The notes under the pieces were generated by a model. That model searched no databases and had not been told where the DNA came from. It was given only the letters and a program-made list of their open reading frames with translations. The translations under genes were made by a program, and so were the position numbers. Below are positions 43,504-55,917 of a stretch of DNA of 64,000 nucleotides, piece by piece; position 1 is the first letter of the stretch; each line of letters begins with the position of its first letter. Source of the DNA: Stylophora pistillata (taxonomy: Eukaryota); assembly GCF_002571385.2 (NCBI RefSeq), contig NW_019217959.1, positions 1 to 64,000 of the forward strand. The letters run 5' to 3'.

Positions 43504-44804
43504 TTGCAATGGAATAATGATAGATACCAAAGGATTATTGATTATAGATTATTATTATCAAATGTAATTTAAGAAGCTCCTGATTGTCATACAAACTCTC
43601 CTTGTTATTACCACAGGAAATGTAGAGAGAGACTGGAACAGAGTATGAATTCTAATGTTTGCGTAAAGAGTTAACTTCGCTATGTAATTAATCTTGAAAA
43701 AAACAAAAACAAAACAACTTGCTTCACCCTCGTAGCCAATTAGAGGCGTAGTTAAAAAACCAATCGGGACATCAGTACTCACTTTTTCTCGTGCTTTATT
43801 CCGTTCTTTGGGTTCTCATTGGCTATCTGTAGTGTATTCCGTCCCTCTGAGTCCTTTGATTAGTCCATAATCTAAGAGCGCCCTTTATATTATTCCCGTG
43901 TGATTGCAAAAGTTCTCGTACAGTTTAGCCTTGATTAGAGGGATGATGGGGCTAAGAAAAGGAGCTACTAATCGTACACATGACTCGTTCCTATGTTTTG
44001 CATATCCACGAGTAAAAAGGGAAAAAGTTTGTGCGAAGTTTATGGGAGTTTCTTATTGCTAAAATCTGAAAGAGCCAATCTCGTCGCTGTTCGCCAATAC
44101 ATCAATCTTACTCACGGGCCAGCGAGGCTAATTGAAAAAAGACGGGTGTTTTTCATTTTCTGTGAGCAAACAGCCATATGCGAAACGAAGAGCGATGCGT
44201 GACAGGTGCAAGAAAACAATTACATAACGTTCGTTTCCGATTTTAAGAGAGAAAGGTGATTCCCTCCCCAAGTTGAAATTTTGACCTCTATTAAGCGGTC
44301 GTGGTCACCCTTTACTGGGTCCCATCGGCCTGTTTGTGTTGCCTTCCACCCGGTTTTTTAAGGGTCACTTAGAGCAGAACTACTCGAATAAAGCTAAGAA
44401 TAATCTTTCAAGACGGTAATATTGATCCCCAAAATTAATGTTAGTAGTATTTTTGAGCAAGTTTTTGAACGTGAAGTGATCAATCATGGCATAAATGGCA
44501 TTTTTTTTAATCGTTTTTTATAATACCCCTATTCTGTGGGACCAGCATTAAGCAGTCAACCGGAATTAACCTCCAATAACCTGCGGATGACCGCTTGATA
44601 CAGGCCTTAGTGTACCTCAATTCATGGAAAATTTTCTCATTCGCTGTTCGTCGCCGCCATTCATTTCCTTCTATTCGTTCGGTATGTCTGACTTAATTTA
44701 ACACGTCACCACATTTCGTAAGGCAGATCGACGGAAATGACGATTGAACTTTCAATAGTAGCCGTGAGTAGGTAATTTCAAGTTAAAGTCTCTCATTTGA
44801 TTTA

Positions 44805-45113
44805 ATAATAATGATAATAATAATAATGATTATAATACTAATAATAATAATAATAACAATACAGTGCAATAATATTAATAACAATACAGTGCATAATAAT
44901 AATAATAACAATACAGTGTAATAATAATAATAAGGATTTCTTTAGCGCCATATCCTATAGCTCATGGCGCTTTACATCATTTTTCTGTGAACTTTGGTCA
45001 GACTGCACTGAGCAGTTTGGAATATTTGAAGGAGATTTTTGCAGATGTCCACAATATCAGAATCAATTCCGCACGGCAGTCGGCGCTCTACAACATGAGC
45101 TAACCAGGCGGCG
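44805..45113 (-). mobile_element. Internally deleted tRNA-headed SINE with a long (ATT)n tail
   Basis: Reverse strand head CGCCGCCTGGTTAGCTCATGTTGTAGAGCGCC and tail TGTAAAGCGCCATGAG...TTATTATTATT. Confidence 0.65.
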
Positions 45114-46579
45114 ATTTGGGCATTAAGCGTTTTCTCTAAATGAACACCTTGTATCTATCTCTTAAACAAAGTTTGTTCATCCTCGTATGTCACGTCTTGT
45201 GTCAAAAATACTTGTCATTGAAACTGTCAGATTTAAGATATGCACATACGGATCACTTCTACCGACATGCGACAGTCGACTTGAGTAATATTCTGCTTTG
45301 TTATGAGCCTAACACACAAGCGCTGTCTACCCAGATAGAAAACCATATTACTCAATAAAGGATTGCCCCAGAGCACTTTTTAAAGCTGCAACTGCCTAAA
45401 TAGAGTGTGAGAAACAATAAACGAGCGAAAATTTGTCGGCGATTCTGAACAGTTGATTCCACGCCAGTTTCGTTGACGAGTGTTCAGCTGTCTTATTGGG
45501 GAGACACGCGAAGGAGGTAAGACCCGTTTATTCTTTTTTTGTGTGGGTGCATTTAGGGATTCCTTCCTTTCAAGTAGTGAAGGTAATTTAGCGGACCACT
45601 TCAGAGAGGTGCAGAAAAACTATTTCATTTTTTTATACCTAGCCTTGCAGGGGGATGAGATCTTACATTTGCCCTTCGATCAGACGTCTGTTTGCGGATA
45701 CATAGATCGTATGAGACGTTTTGTTGTGAAGTATCGCTGAGTATTTTTAGGAGTTGTGCCCGTAGGGCGAGTCAAAATATAAACAACGAGAAAAAAACAC
45801 TCCGCAATACTATACAACAAAACGTCTTATAAGAGATTTATCAGCCAACACGCCAAATTGTTATTTCAGTGCTGGCGAATTGCGTGGACTTGTATTTACT
45901 TCTGATTGTCTGGAGTACAAAAACCGCGAGATATTTGTACTCGTTTTGGGCGTTATTTATACTCTGAGAAGCACAGTTGGATAATAAAAACAGCTACTTT
46001 ATGAATAGTTTTAACACTTTCGGTGCAAAAAAAGTCGCACGCACGTACTGATATGGATCCGAGGGGTTTCAGAGTCCTAAATTATGGGCTACTTTGAGCC
46101 TGCCATCTCAAATTGTTCATGCATTGTACTATTTGTTGTCACACTTGCCACGGCACTTGAAACAGGAAAAAAAATTCTTGTGACAATTTCCAGTAGCAGG
46201 TTGGTGTTATTCCAATGTTTAGCTAAAAGGGAATTTTTTTTATAAAACTACGAAGGATCAGAAACCAGAAAGTTACACGATAACGTGGATCATGTAGACC
46301 ATAAGCAGACCCTTCTTTTCGGCGGAATCCGTCGCGCGAGTCAAACAAATTCAGTGAAAACAGAGGCTAGATAAAAAAATCCCGAATAAAGACCTAAAAA
46401 ATCTCTCCATAAATTCTCCAAAAGTTTGCCATTAATTTCATATTTATATCTAAAAATCTCGAAATAATTTGAAAAAATCTCGATTAATCTCAATGCTTTT
46501 TCTAATTTTTTTGAAATTTTTCTTTTTGCATAACATACAAGATTCCAAGGTGAAATTGCGTAGAGGCATCTTCAAACTG

Positions 46580-46908
46580 ATTCAACCAGGCACTTTTAAA
46601 TGCGCTCGTGCACGATGCAAAACGTGTCCTTTCATTCACAACACTGAGAAAATATCGGGACCCAAACGCTCCATTAAGATCACCGATCACTTCACGTGCA
46701 CCTCTGCCAATGTAATCTATTGCATAACTTGCATTTATTGCAAAAAGATTTACATCGGCGAAACAAGCAGAAGACTAGGTGACCGTTTCCGAGAACACCT
46801 TCGCGACGTGGAGAGGAANNNNNNNNNNNNNNTTGTTGATATATTCAAATTATTTCGTTACCTCCACCGACGCAGCCCCAAACAGTTTCTTTAGAAACTA
46901 TCAGCCTT
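46580..46908 (+). mobile_element. Penelope-like retroelement 3' fragment (GIY-YIG endonuclease plus pseudo-LTR tail), containing a short N gap
   Basis: PGTFKCARARCKTCPFI..FTCTSANVIYCITC..CKKIYIGETSRRLGDRFREH, followed by the CCACCGACGCAGC tail. Confidence 0.9.
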
Positions 46909-47259
46909 GATTGAAAGGATTATTTATTTACTACACAATGTAACTGGTTCGTTAGCTTCGTCTCCTTACATATTTCTCTTTCAAAGAAGCAATAACGACA
47001 AGAAACAGTAAGTAGAGTTTGGCATATTCATGGAGCCCGCTTGGAAACAGAACGAAGTAAAGTTGTTTTTATGCCATCGGCTGTATATATTTAAACATCA
47101 TCGACTAAAAATCCTTAAAATGTTTCAAAAATCCTCATACGGATCATTGTGACTCAATTCTGTCGCTGTTTACCAATGAATGAACTATGATCACCCAGAC
47201 AGCGATTTATATCATCCATCACGATCATGTCTCTTTAGTTAGCAGCATTTTTTTCGGCG

Positions 47260-47559
47260 AGGGTCCGGTTCAAACGGCGAACTTCACATCGCACTCGAAA
47301 ATTAGATCCAAGTTAACTTTGACGTTTAAATCAGTTGAGTTCGTCCAACTAAATTTGGATCGACAAACACGTTCTGTCCGTCTGTCCCGGACGGATAGAA
47401 CGTGTTAAGATCGACTGTGGGACAAACGTTGACCTTTTCATAAATCGAACTTGAATAAATTGTGAATTGCGGTATCAATGGTTGAACTCTACATGTGTGG
47501 GTCGTCCAAAATTGCATTTTAGGTCGCGTCATGCGAAGTTCGGCGTTTGAACTGGGCCT
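47260..47559. mobile_element. PIF/Harbinger-like MITE upstream of the second TMEM151-like ORF
   Basis: Imperfect TIRs AGGGTCCGGTTCAAACGGCGAACTTCACAT / ATGCGAAGTTCGGCGTTTGAACTGGGCCT. Confidence 0.75.
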
Positions 47560-47635
47560 TAAACGTAAATCATAGTCCTGGGAAGGTGAAAACTAATCAG
47601 CTTAATAGACGGACACAAATTTGCCTCCTCAGACA

Positions 47636-49231
47636 ATGAATTCCACGATTAATTTTGACGAATACCCCATTGTAATGCCATTGGTCGTTAGCTTGGCTGT
47701 CTGTTTGCAAATTTTGGTGCCGTGTTACTTCGGGTGCTGTACAGGCTTCGTCAATTTCATCAGATTGGACCCCTTCGAGAGACCGCTGGACTACCATGAG
47801 CGGCGAAGAAAAGAGGAGAGGAAACAGTTTGCCAAGGAACAAGAGAAACGACTGCAGAAAGCTGCCTCTGCGAAAAATCAGGAGGACCTCGATAGAGCCG
47901 TACAAGAATATCAACAAGCCGTTCTTGCTTATGAAAAGAAAATTGTAAGGCAAGAAATAGAGGAGGTTCGTAACACCTGCCCATGTGCAAGACTTGTTTC
48001 TATGTGCATGTCTCTCTCTTTCTACCTGTGGCTTATTTTCGTTGTTGGTTGTGAAATGACTCATTGCACCACTTACGGTTCAGTGTTTAACATCATGAAA
48101 ATATTTGCCTCGGTGATGCTTGGCGTCTGTGCCGTAATCGTCCTGCTAGAGAGCTTTTATTCGGAAGAGCTGCAGTATCTTAAAAACATCGTAGAAGATG
48201 AGACAGCTTTGGAGTACATCCAACGCCTGCGAGAAGTCCCACCGAGGCTTGACAATGTTGTGGAGTGTTTTCATTTCGAAGAGCGCAACAGAACAGCCCA
48301 CTGCAAGGACCCTAAAGGAAGCCGAAAAGCTCATGCGGAGACCTATACTGTGAAGGTAGTGACACAACTGGCCAGCGAGGAGTTCATATTCAAGTCATGG
48401 GTGGACGTTTCCAAGAGAAATATGCCATCCCTGAAGGGCGTGGATTTGGTTCGCATCAAGTGCTACCCGAGAGTCGTATTCGGTGACCAGGAAACACACG
48501 AGGCTTCTACGAGACAGTTGAAAGAAATGTCAGAGAGGATGAGGGTATCTGACGATTATATCTCCCCCTGGAAATATGAAGATTGGGCAATACTCGATTT
48601 GACCAGGGGAAAGCGCATCTCTGCATATACAGATATGAATGTGAAGCCATTTTGGATGAATCCTCTATTCTACTGGATTGCCACGTTGCTGCAAATGAAC
48701 TGGCCTTACCGCTTGCTGTTTAGAGCGAGAACAGCTGAGATAAATCTGTTCTTGAATAAAAAGGTGTACAAGAGTATAACACGACCAAGAGAGATAGAAT
48801 TAATGGAACCCATGGACGACCTTCTAAAAAATAAATCATTCGACGTGAGCTTAAATGGTTCAGACGTCACTGCAGCTCCCCCAACGTTGGAGGTAGATAA
48901 TCCAGCAACAGAAAGCCCTGCTAACAATCCGGGAACCGATATTCCCGAACAAAGCAGTGCAAAGTCACACTCTGACCCAATTTTACATGAAGAACCGCAT
49001 CCAAATGTTCTTTTATCGTCTCGCGAGGATGCACCATGTGATCACAGGTCTCTTCTGGTAAAAAACGTGCGACTCCCTGTCATAGCAGATAAATGGTTTA
49101 CATTTCAAGATAATAGCTCTCTTTTAAAAGAAATTCTGACGAATGAGATGAGGCTGACGGGAGAGGACGAGTACCCCATCAGTCCTTGTGTGCAGCATGA
49201 ACGATGGAAGGTTGGAACATCAACAGACTAG
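47636..49231 (+). CDS. TMEM151-family membrane protein lacking the ectodomain, ~531 aa, single coding exon
   Basis: First ATG at 47636, just after a CCTCCTCAG acceptor (candidate donor GTAAGT at 47008). Motifs VLLESF..EYIQRLREVPP..CFHFEER..KVVT..F..WVDVS and PFWMNPLFYWIATLLQMNWPYRLLF..T..KKVY match the TMEM151 family and the upstream paralogue. Confidence 0.85.
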   Translation: MNSTINFDEYPIVMPLVVSLAVCLQILVPCYFGCCTGFVNFIRLDPFERPLDYHERRRKEERKQFAKEQEKRLQKAASAKNQEDLDRAVQEYQQAVLAYEKKIVRQEIEEVRNTCPCARLVSMCMSLSFYLWLIFVVGCEMTHCTTYGSVFNIMKIFASVMLGVCAVIVLLESFYSEELQYLKNIVEDETALEYIQRLREVPPRLDNVVECFHFEERNRTAHCKDPKGSRKAHAETYTVKVVTQLASEEFIFKSWVDVSKRNMPSLKGVDLVRIKCYPRVVFGDQETHEASTRQLKEMSERMRVSDDYISPWKYEDWAILDLTRGKRISAYTDMNVKPFWMNPLFYWIATLLQMNWPYRLLFRARTAEINLFLNKKVYKSITRPREIELMEPMDDLLKNKSFDVSLNGSDVTAAPPTLEVDNPATESPANNPGTDIPEQSSAKSHSDPILHEEPHPNVLLSSREDAPCDHRSLLVKNVRLPVIADKWFTFQDNSSLLKEILTNEMRLTGEDEYPISPCVQHERWKVGTSTD

Positions 49232-50249
49232 GTCTGCATAGTCTCCTCTATGATATGAATGTTTATCAAAGAAGACTTAAAAGGTTCCCGAGTGGTATAG
49301 TTGCAGGAGAGCTTTGTTTCATATCTTGTGCCCAAACTTCTAACACTGATTAATTATTTTTTAGTTTTTTAAATTTAGACTAGTGAGCAGCACTTCTGCG
49401 AACAGTGGTTGTAAAACTTTTTTAATTCGTGCGATATCGGTTTTCGCGTGCAATTTAATGCGGAATTCCCTCGTAAAGTAATGAATTTACCTATAAAACT
49501 TGATGACAACTTCAACCGTCTCCAAAACGTACTCGAGCGCAGGTTCAAGTGGTTTACAATTCCTTTTAATTGCTTCCCATGACCAGTCTGCAAACCGTTT
49601 CGTCTCCCCCCATGCCCACTCGGCCAACCGTTTCGATCTACTCCATGCCTTCTCAGCTAACCATTAAGCACTTTCCTTTGAGACGCTGGCCAACCATTCA
49701 GTCTGATCTCTTATCCATTCCATTCCGTTCCAAGTCAGCTCCGTTAACCATTCAGTATTAATCGAATACCATTCAATCAACCATAAACTTCCCTTATACA
49801 CACATTCATCCGCCCACATTATCGTTAGAAAAATCCATTCCGTCAACCCTTTCAGTCCGTTCCAGATTTTACCGGCCCAATTCATCAATCCTCTCCAAAT
49901 TCCATCGACCCAATCCACTAGTCCTGTCCAAACTTAACAAACCCAATGCATGACCCATTTCATTCCTTTGCAAATGTTCTTAACTATTGTTCCAACTCCG
50001 TTAGAACATATTTTCCAGGCTTCAACTATTTTTGTCACCATAAAGCTCCACGTGTTTTTCATCCTCGTCGCCGCCCGTGTAATAAGTCCAGGTTCCTTCC
50101 TTTGGAATACTTGGTGCTCAGAGCACGTCATATTCACAGGATATTCCGGTGGTTCTTTGCACTTGAGAATCTAAGGGAGAAAAACGGGTGAAAATTTATG
50201 GTCACTATAGATATCTCGGTTAAAAATCAAAGTTAAAGCTGTTTCTTAA

Positions 50250-52786
50250 AGCGGGACTGTGACGAAAAACGTCAGTTTCTCCGATCACAATGAAATTTTG
50301 TGTTTGGGATCTCAAAACGTAAAGGAATAACTGTATCGATTTTTGAGTTTAAATTCCTACGGTGAGTAGTATTTTTTGGACGATCTTTTTCGAGGCTGTT
50401 GAATCCGATTGGAATGTACTGAATGTGGCCGAGGAAGTATGGGGAGACCGGTAGTGACGTCATCCAATCAACCAAGACACAAAGTTGTCAAAGCCATGAG
50501 TGTTATTTCCATGGTTAAATAAGAGTAAGAAACGCGAAAAGTTCGAATCTTACGATTATAATTATAAAGCTGGCATATCAAAATGCCTTCGCCTCGATGC
50601 GTTGTACAGGGATGCAGCAATAGATCAAATCCACAAGATGAAATCTTCTACACGACTCCCCCGTTCACAAAAACCTTGCCGCGAAGTGGAAGAACTTTGT
50701 CAGACTTCACAGAAAAAACTTCGATCTCGAAGGCCGCTTTGTTGTCTCTGAGCATTTTTAAGAATCGTGTTTTTCAAGGACATGCCATCTAAAAGGGGCA
50801 TTGAGAAGATTGTTACCGGGATCAGTACCAACTAACTGGAAACGTTTGCGAAAAAGCCGCGGTAATCACGAGAAAACCTCAAGTACTTCATCGAAGGATC
50901 ACGCACGGTGAGTCGACTTTTCTAATCAATTTTTCTTAACTATTCCACACCTGTAGGAAATATCTAAAAAACACATAAACTGTATAATTTTCCAAGCTTT
51001 CATTCACTATTCGTTATTCGTTGGTTTATTGTAACTTGCAGTAAAGTATTCTGGAAATCTGTCTAAATAGTTCTTCGACAGTTTGTCAAAGTGGAGGTGT
51101 TAGTCGCATTCATTAGAATGAAAAGACGTGACCGTCCAGCAAAATTCAAACTTCGTATTTATCAAAGGTTCATAATATTTATAATTTTTATTGATCTTTA
51201 TAGACTATGAAAGAGATATTTCTTTCGAAGACAGCGATGCCACTCTGCCCGGCAAATCCTGTAATAGAGATAAACCATGAGTGCGAAGTGCATCTACAGC
51301 AGAACACGGCAATAAAACGTCTTTGATGGTATCCACAGTGAACTTGATAAAAATGTTATTGTGATGTTCAACTGTTTGATTTTTAACTCATTATACGTAC
51401 ACAGCTGTACGTTACTTTCTCTACTATAAGCTGTCTTCTATAAAACAATACCAATGTCTATCAATATTGATCTTATGTGATCTCTGCATGCAGCTACCGA
51501 CATCTACATCGTCAGATTTCGTGAACGGGTCCGAAATCATTGCCAATTCTGATTCTTTGAATAACGATGCTTCTGCGGATCAAGAAGTATCTTCGGAGTT
51601 AACGGGAAATTCCGCCGATGAGATTGCCGTTTCTCATTTCGAAGTAGACGAGCTTGCGGCTTCGTTTCCCGCCAAGGAAACAATAGATTACCAGGTAAAA
51701 ACAAGAGAGATTTTGCATACGAACACACGCGATCGTGTCAGTACCTATAATAATAATAATAATTTAATATTTATATTGCGCAAATTAACATGTGGATATG
51801 ATCAAATGCGCATCACAACACTTTTCGGGGGACTTTGGCCGGACTGCATCAGCGGTTTACAAACAATCGAAGGAAACGTATTTGAATATGCCCCCTACCC
51901 CCAATTCCCAGTAAACAGGCCAGACCACATCACAGTAATCTCGTGAGTGGGTTCTTTAACGTCCCCTGCCTAACCGAATTAACTAATTAATAGATGCAGG
52001 AGACGGGACCTACGGTTTATTCGTCCTTATCCGAGAAGACTAGAATGTCTATCCATTTCTTGATATTATAGAAAGGTAGCGCATTTTCCTCGGTTATTTT
52101 AAGACCTTGAGTGTTGGTCCGGCCGGGGCTCGAACCATCGACCTCCCGCACAACAATCAAGCGCTCTAAATATAAACAACACATGGCCAAGTCAAGGAAT
52201 TCCAACGTATTAGAGTCAAATTATATCATTAAATGCTCCATTTTTGTCATTTTAGGAAGGGACTCACTTATACCTCCACCATAGCTGCGACGCGTAAAAG
52301 TTTGTGGGAGACGAAAACCGAAGTCGGAAGAAAACAGTCAACACGCTGACAACCAAAATAGATACACTTAAAGCGGATCGCCTACAGGAAAAGGAAATAG
52401 AATTCCTCAATTACATTGGTTCTTTCATCAGGAAAAGTACTGTTCATATCACTTTCAAGGGAAGCTATCGAGGGAATGGAGCAATAACTAGATGATCGAT
52501 CACTTTCGCTTGAAGACTGATTTTGCCCTACAAGCTCTCTTGCCTTCGAGTTGTCTTGATTGGATGACGTCACTATGCTTTGAGGCGTTACCGATGTCTA
52601 GCCGCTCATTTATTCAACAGCAATATGGCGGAAGGGCGATTTCCCAACGCAAAAGTTTCATTTTCTCGGCGGTGGTTGGCTAGATTTTTCCAATATTTAA
52701 TACATATGTTATTCAAAGTGCATAAATTCGAGATATTGTTGTAAAAAGGTTTTACGGAATGATACGATTTTCGTCACAGTCCCGCT
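50250..52786 (+). mobile_element. Kolobok-type DNA transposon, non-autonomous derivative with a decayed THAP domain
   Basis: Perfect 19-bp TIRs AGCGGGACTGTGACGAAAA / TTTTCGTCACAGTCCCGCT with TTAA on both sides (50246-50249, 52787-52790). Frameshifted THAP from 50583: CVVQGC..KWKNFVR..SEHF..LLPGSVPT. TTAA TSD, purine-purine termini and a THAP domain are the Kolobok hallmarks. Confidence 0.85.
51748..52167 (-). mobile_element. tRNA-derived SINE (family 2) nested in the Kolobok element
   Basis: B-box GGTTCGAGCCCC, core TTCTAGTCTTCTCGGATAAGGACG and an (ATT)n tail. Confidence 0.8.
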
Positions 52787-54309
52787 TTAAAGCTTTTTAA
52801 AATATATATCATTGTGAAAAAATTTTGCGTTGGTTTTTTCATCTACAGATCTTCTAGCCCATTTAGACGAGAAATTGAAAACAAAGAAAATGGATGGAAA
52901 TACTAGCATGGTTAAACGCAATACAGGCAGATGGAATAATCAATTCCAAAAGAAATTAAGTTTTGATTATCTTAGTTAAATACCTTTCCAAGGATGGGCG
53001 GATCGTTTCCAAGATGTGGACTATTCAAGTCTTTGGAGCCTTTGAGGAAAATCAGTTTCATATATCTAGATACGACGATAACATCTGAATGCTTATCACA
53101 TATTCCTGTGAGGAAAACTGAAAAGTGAGACGTGTTAGCTTACACTCAGCTTTCTTACTGTTGGTGCGGATTTTGATCTTTAATTGGCAAAGACAGCGAT
53201 GATCAACCTAACGTATATTTTATAAATCGAATCCGACAAATCCGAAATGAAGCAGGTTACATTTCAAGTTCGTTATACAATTTGGCAAACTACGTCGACT
53301 AAAAACTACTTAGGCTGTCCAAAACCGCTGAACCAAGAGCCACATTATGGCTCTTGGCTGAACTTATTACATTTGTAGTTGTTGTTCTGAAAATACTGAC
53401 AAACCTTTTCGTTCCAAGTTCCGACTACGGACGTGTCTTCGTTGAAATCTTCCAAGGGTAGCTTTTGCCATTTAATGGCTTCAAAATTTCCTATTACAAA
53501 ATAAAATTACCAGTAGCATGATTATGTGGTAACTATTTCCTACAGCCATGTCCATTATAAGTACATATATGGATATGAACTTTTTCTTCGATTGACAACA
53601 GATGTTTTTGATAGGAAAAAGAATTGTGTGATCGAATAATAATAATGAATAATCGTCGAGGCGCGCGCTTCAATAAAAAGAAAGATTAGCGCGCCCTGTA
53701 CGGGGGGCACGCGCAGGTCAAACACGCCTAATATTGACGAGGGCAGTCATGGCAACCCCAAATATGTTTACTCTCCCGAGATAGTGTGAAAATCTTGCAA
53801 AATATCCCATTGGAGATTTAGAGAGAGCTCAACAATCCTTTTTCAAACAAATGAAACCTGGCAGAATTAAAGTCGTCGTGAAACCTTTTCGGTTTGATAC
53901 GAAAATAAGGATGGTTCATACATTTCTGTTCCGAATTGTCGATTGCGCAGAAAAAGTAAAGCCTTTGAAACATTTGAAAACAGAGCTGAAACCTACCTTG
54001 CTGTTTTACAGCGTTTGTAACCGTTGTTAATTGAAGCAAAATTGTAAACACAGGGATCAAAATCACAATCTTTCCCTTTGTTACAAGACGTTTGTAAACT
54101 CTGTAATTCTTCTCGTAATTTTAAGCGTAAACTTAGAGCCAAATTACTTGCTGCTTTCCTTTCTCATCGCTCTTAGTTGTAACTTTGGCGAACATTTATT
54201 AACATTTTGGCTTACTTAATTTTTCTATTACACATTTTAGTATTGTAATTTTGTAATTTTTAGATCATTGTCACCGAAAAACCCTCTTTAGGGAGTGTCA
54301 ATAAAGTTT

Positions 54310-54360
54310 GTATTGTATTGTATTGTATTGTATTGTATTGTATTGTATTGTATTGTATTG
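54310..54360. repeat. (TATTG)n microsatellite
   Basis: About 10 perfect units. Confidence 0.95.
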
Positions 54361-55599
54361 TTTTACCTCTCACATAAAAAACGCACGGCTTCGGTACGAG
54401 AAATTAAATAGAGCGAAGTGATATTTTGACGTCACAGTTTCGATTTATAATCCAGCGAGCGCGAGACCAATCCCAGGGTCCAAACTCTTAGACACTATTT
54501 TTGGTCTTTATGGAAGTCTTGTGATTTTTTACTATGCAACGAATTATTTCCGTTGCTGTTCAAGATAAGTGCAAAAAGTGATGCTTAAAATCAATTCATT
54601 ACTCAATTGGCTGTTAATTTTTTTCCAGGAAAGTATTATTTGCCCAGCGGGGACATAGTTAAACTGTACCTCATGGATGATAAGATGTGCTTATCAATTT
54701 TAACGTGGAATACTCAACAACCTTCCGTTAACTCTCTTATGCTGTGTATATATACATCTCGTTCGGTGGTTTAACATAAAATATGCGCAGACATTAAGCG
54801 AGTTGCATAGTATTTTTCCGCGTTTCGAAGGAACGAGAAAAATCACATCTTCCAGTGTTTTAGCGTGTAGCTTGTTTACGTTCCCTAAGGCGTTATCTGA
54901 GTATCGTATCGATCAAATGAGGCACGTGCGAAAGACGAAAACAACACAAACTAAACCACTGAAGTGTTCTTTATGACCAGTCAAACGATTTAATGCACTA
55001 AAAAGTTCGTTGCTTGGTAGCCACTATGGAATACCTCAGAAAAATGATAAGGATTTGATTTTTAGGTGTTCTGTAAATGTCATGAACAACTGCGTTTGTA
55101 TGGTGCCAGTAGTTGACGACATCTGTGGGGGGAGGGGGGGAAGGGGATTCTGTTCTTAGTGTTGTGAGGTGAATCGGAAGTTGTTGTTTTGAGGCTTTTT
55201 CAGTTTAACTTTTGTTTTGTTGAGCCTTGCCTTTTTCGCCTACGTGTTGTTTTGGTAGATCGATTTATATTTTTTTTGGCTCAGCTCGTGGATTTCCTTG
55301 TTACCTTGTTAGACATTTAGACAATTAGACAGTTTCACAGGTGGTCGTGTTTGCGTTGGTAAAGCTGACCTTGAGTTCTACCCATACTAAAGTTCTTGTT
55401 TGTGTGCGCGATTCCTGTGTGCAGCTGTTAAAGTTCAATTGGTTTCTTGGTGCTCGCCAAGTACTTCGGAGCGAGCCACCCAGTTTCCCCCTTTTTGAAA
55501 AATAACCGGATACACTGTGGAAACTCCCACGGTCAGCTAACCCAAACATGTCTATGGTTTTCCTACTTAAAGCGTTGGTTCCTCAAGCTAGAGCATTAT

Positions 55600-55917
55600 T
55601 ATTAGATGCGTATGATGTACGATCCTCGCAGTAGATAGCGCTATTTATGCAATAGCGAAAATCATTTATCACTTTCACGGGTTTATTACGAATCAACTTA
55701 ACGGCCTACTCCCAGTTGGCTTGTTAGCTCAATTGGTAGAGCGCTGCACTAGTATCGCAGAGGTCAGTGGTTCGAGTCCCGTACAGGCCTGATTTTTTTT
55801 TTCAGGTCTGATTTTCGCTATTGCATAAATAGCGCTATCTACTGCGAGGATCGCACATCATAATTATCTAATACCGCAGTTCAAAATATATGAACTTCAT
55901 ATATTCATTGTATCTCA
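55600..55917 (+). mobile_element. ~250-bp tRNA(Thr)-like repeat, copy 2, with an inverted 5' partial copy
   Basis: tRNA-like segment at ~55718-55790. The stretch 55605-55663 is the reverse complement of 55810-55862. Flanked by ATTATTAGATGC direct repeats. Confidence 0.85.

Larger units (their letters stand above)
49492..54078 (-). pseudogene. Disabled 3-exon gene for a secreted protein with Trp-rich 11-residue repeats
   Basis: Exons ~54078-53997 (signal-peptide-like, G|GTAGGT), 53105-52984 (open, AAG|GTATTT) and 50170-~49492 are phase-consistent. In-frame TAA at 49936-49934 and 49666-49664. A 1-nt frameshift lies near 49607. Confidence 0.6.

Noticed and set aside
49664-49936. Stop-codon readthrough or selenocysteine in the Trp-rich frame
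   Set aside because: Both stops are TAA, not TGA, and they come with a frameshift, which favours pseudogenisation.
51467-51946. 159-aa plus-strand ORF as a host gene
   Set aside because: It lies inside the Kolobok element and runs into an antisense SINE tail. At most it is a transposon exon remnant.
55718-55790. Functional tRNA-Thr(AGT) gene (also ~18403-18474 and ~59093-59165)
   Set aside because: The T-stem (AGTGG/CCCGT) is mispaired and the anticodon stem has a mismatch. All copies sit inside the same dispersed repeat.
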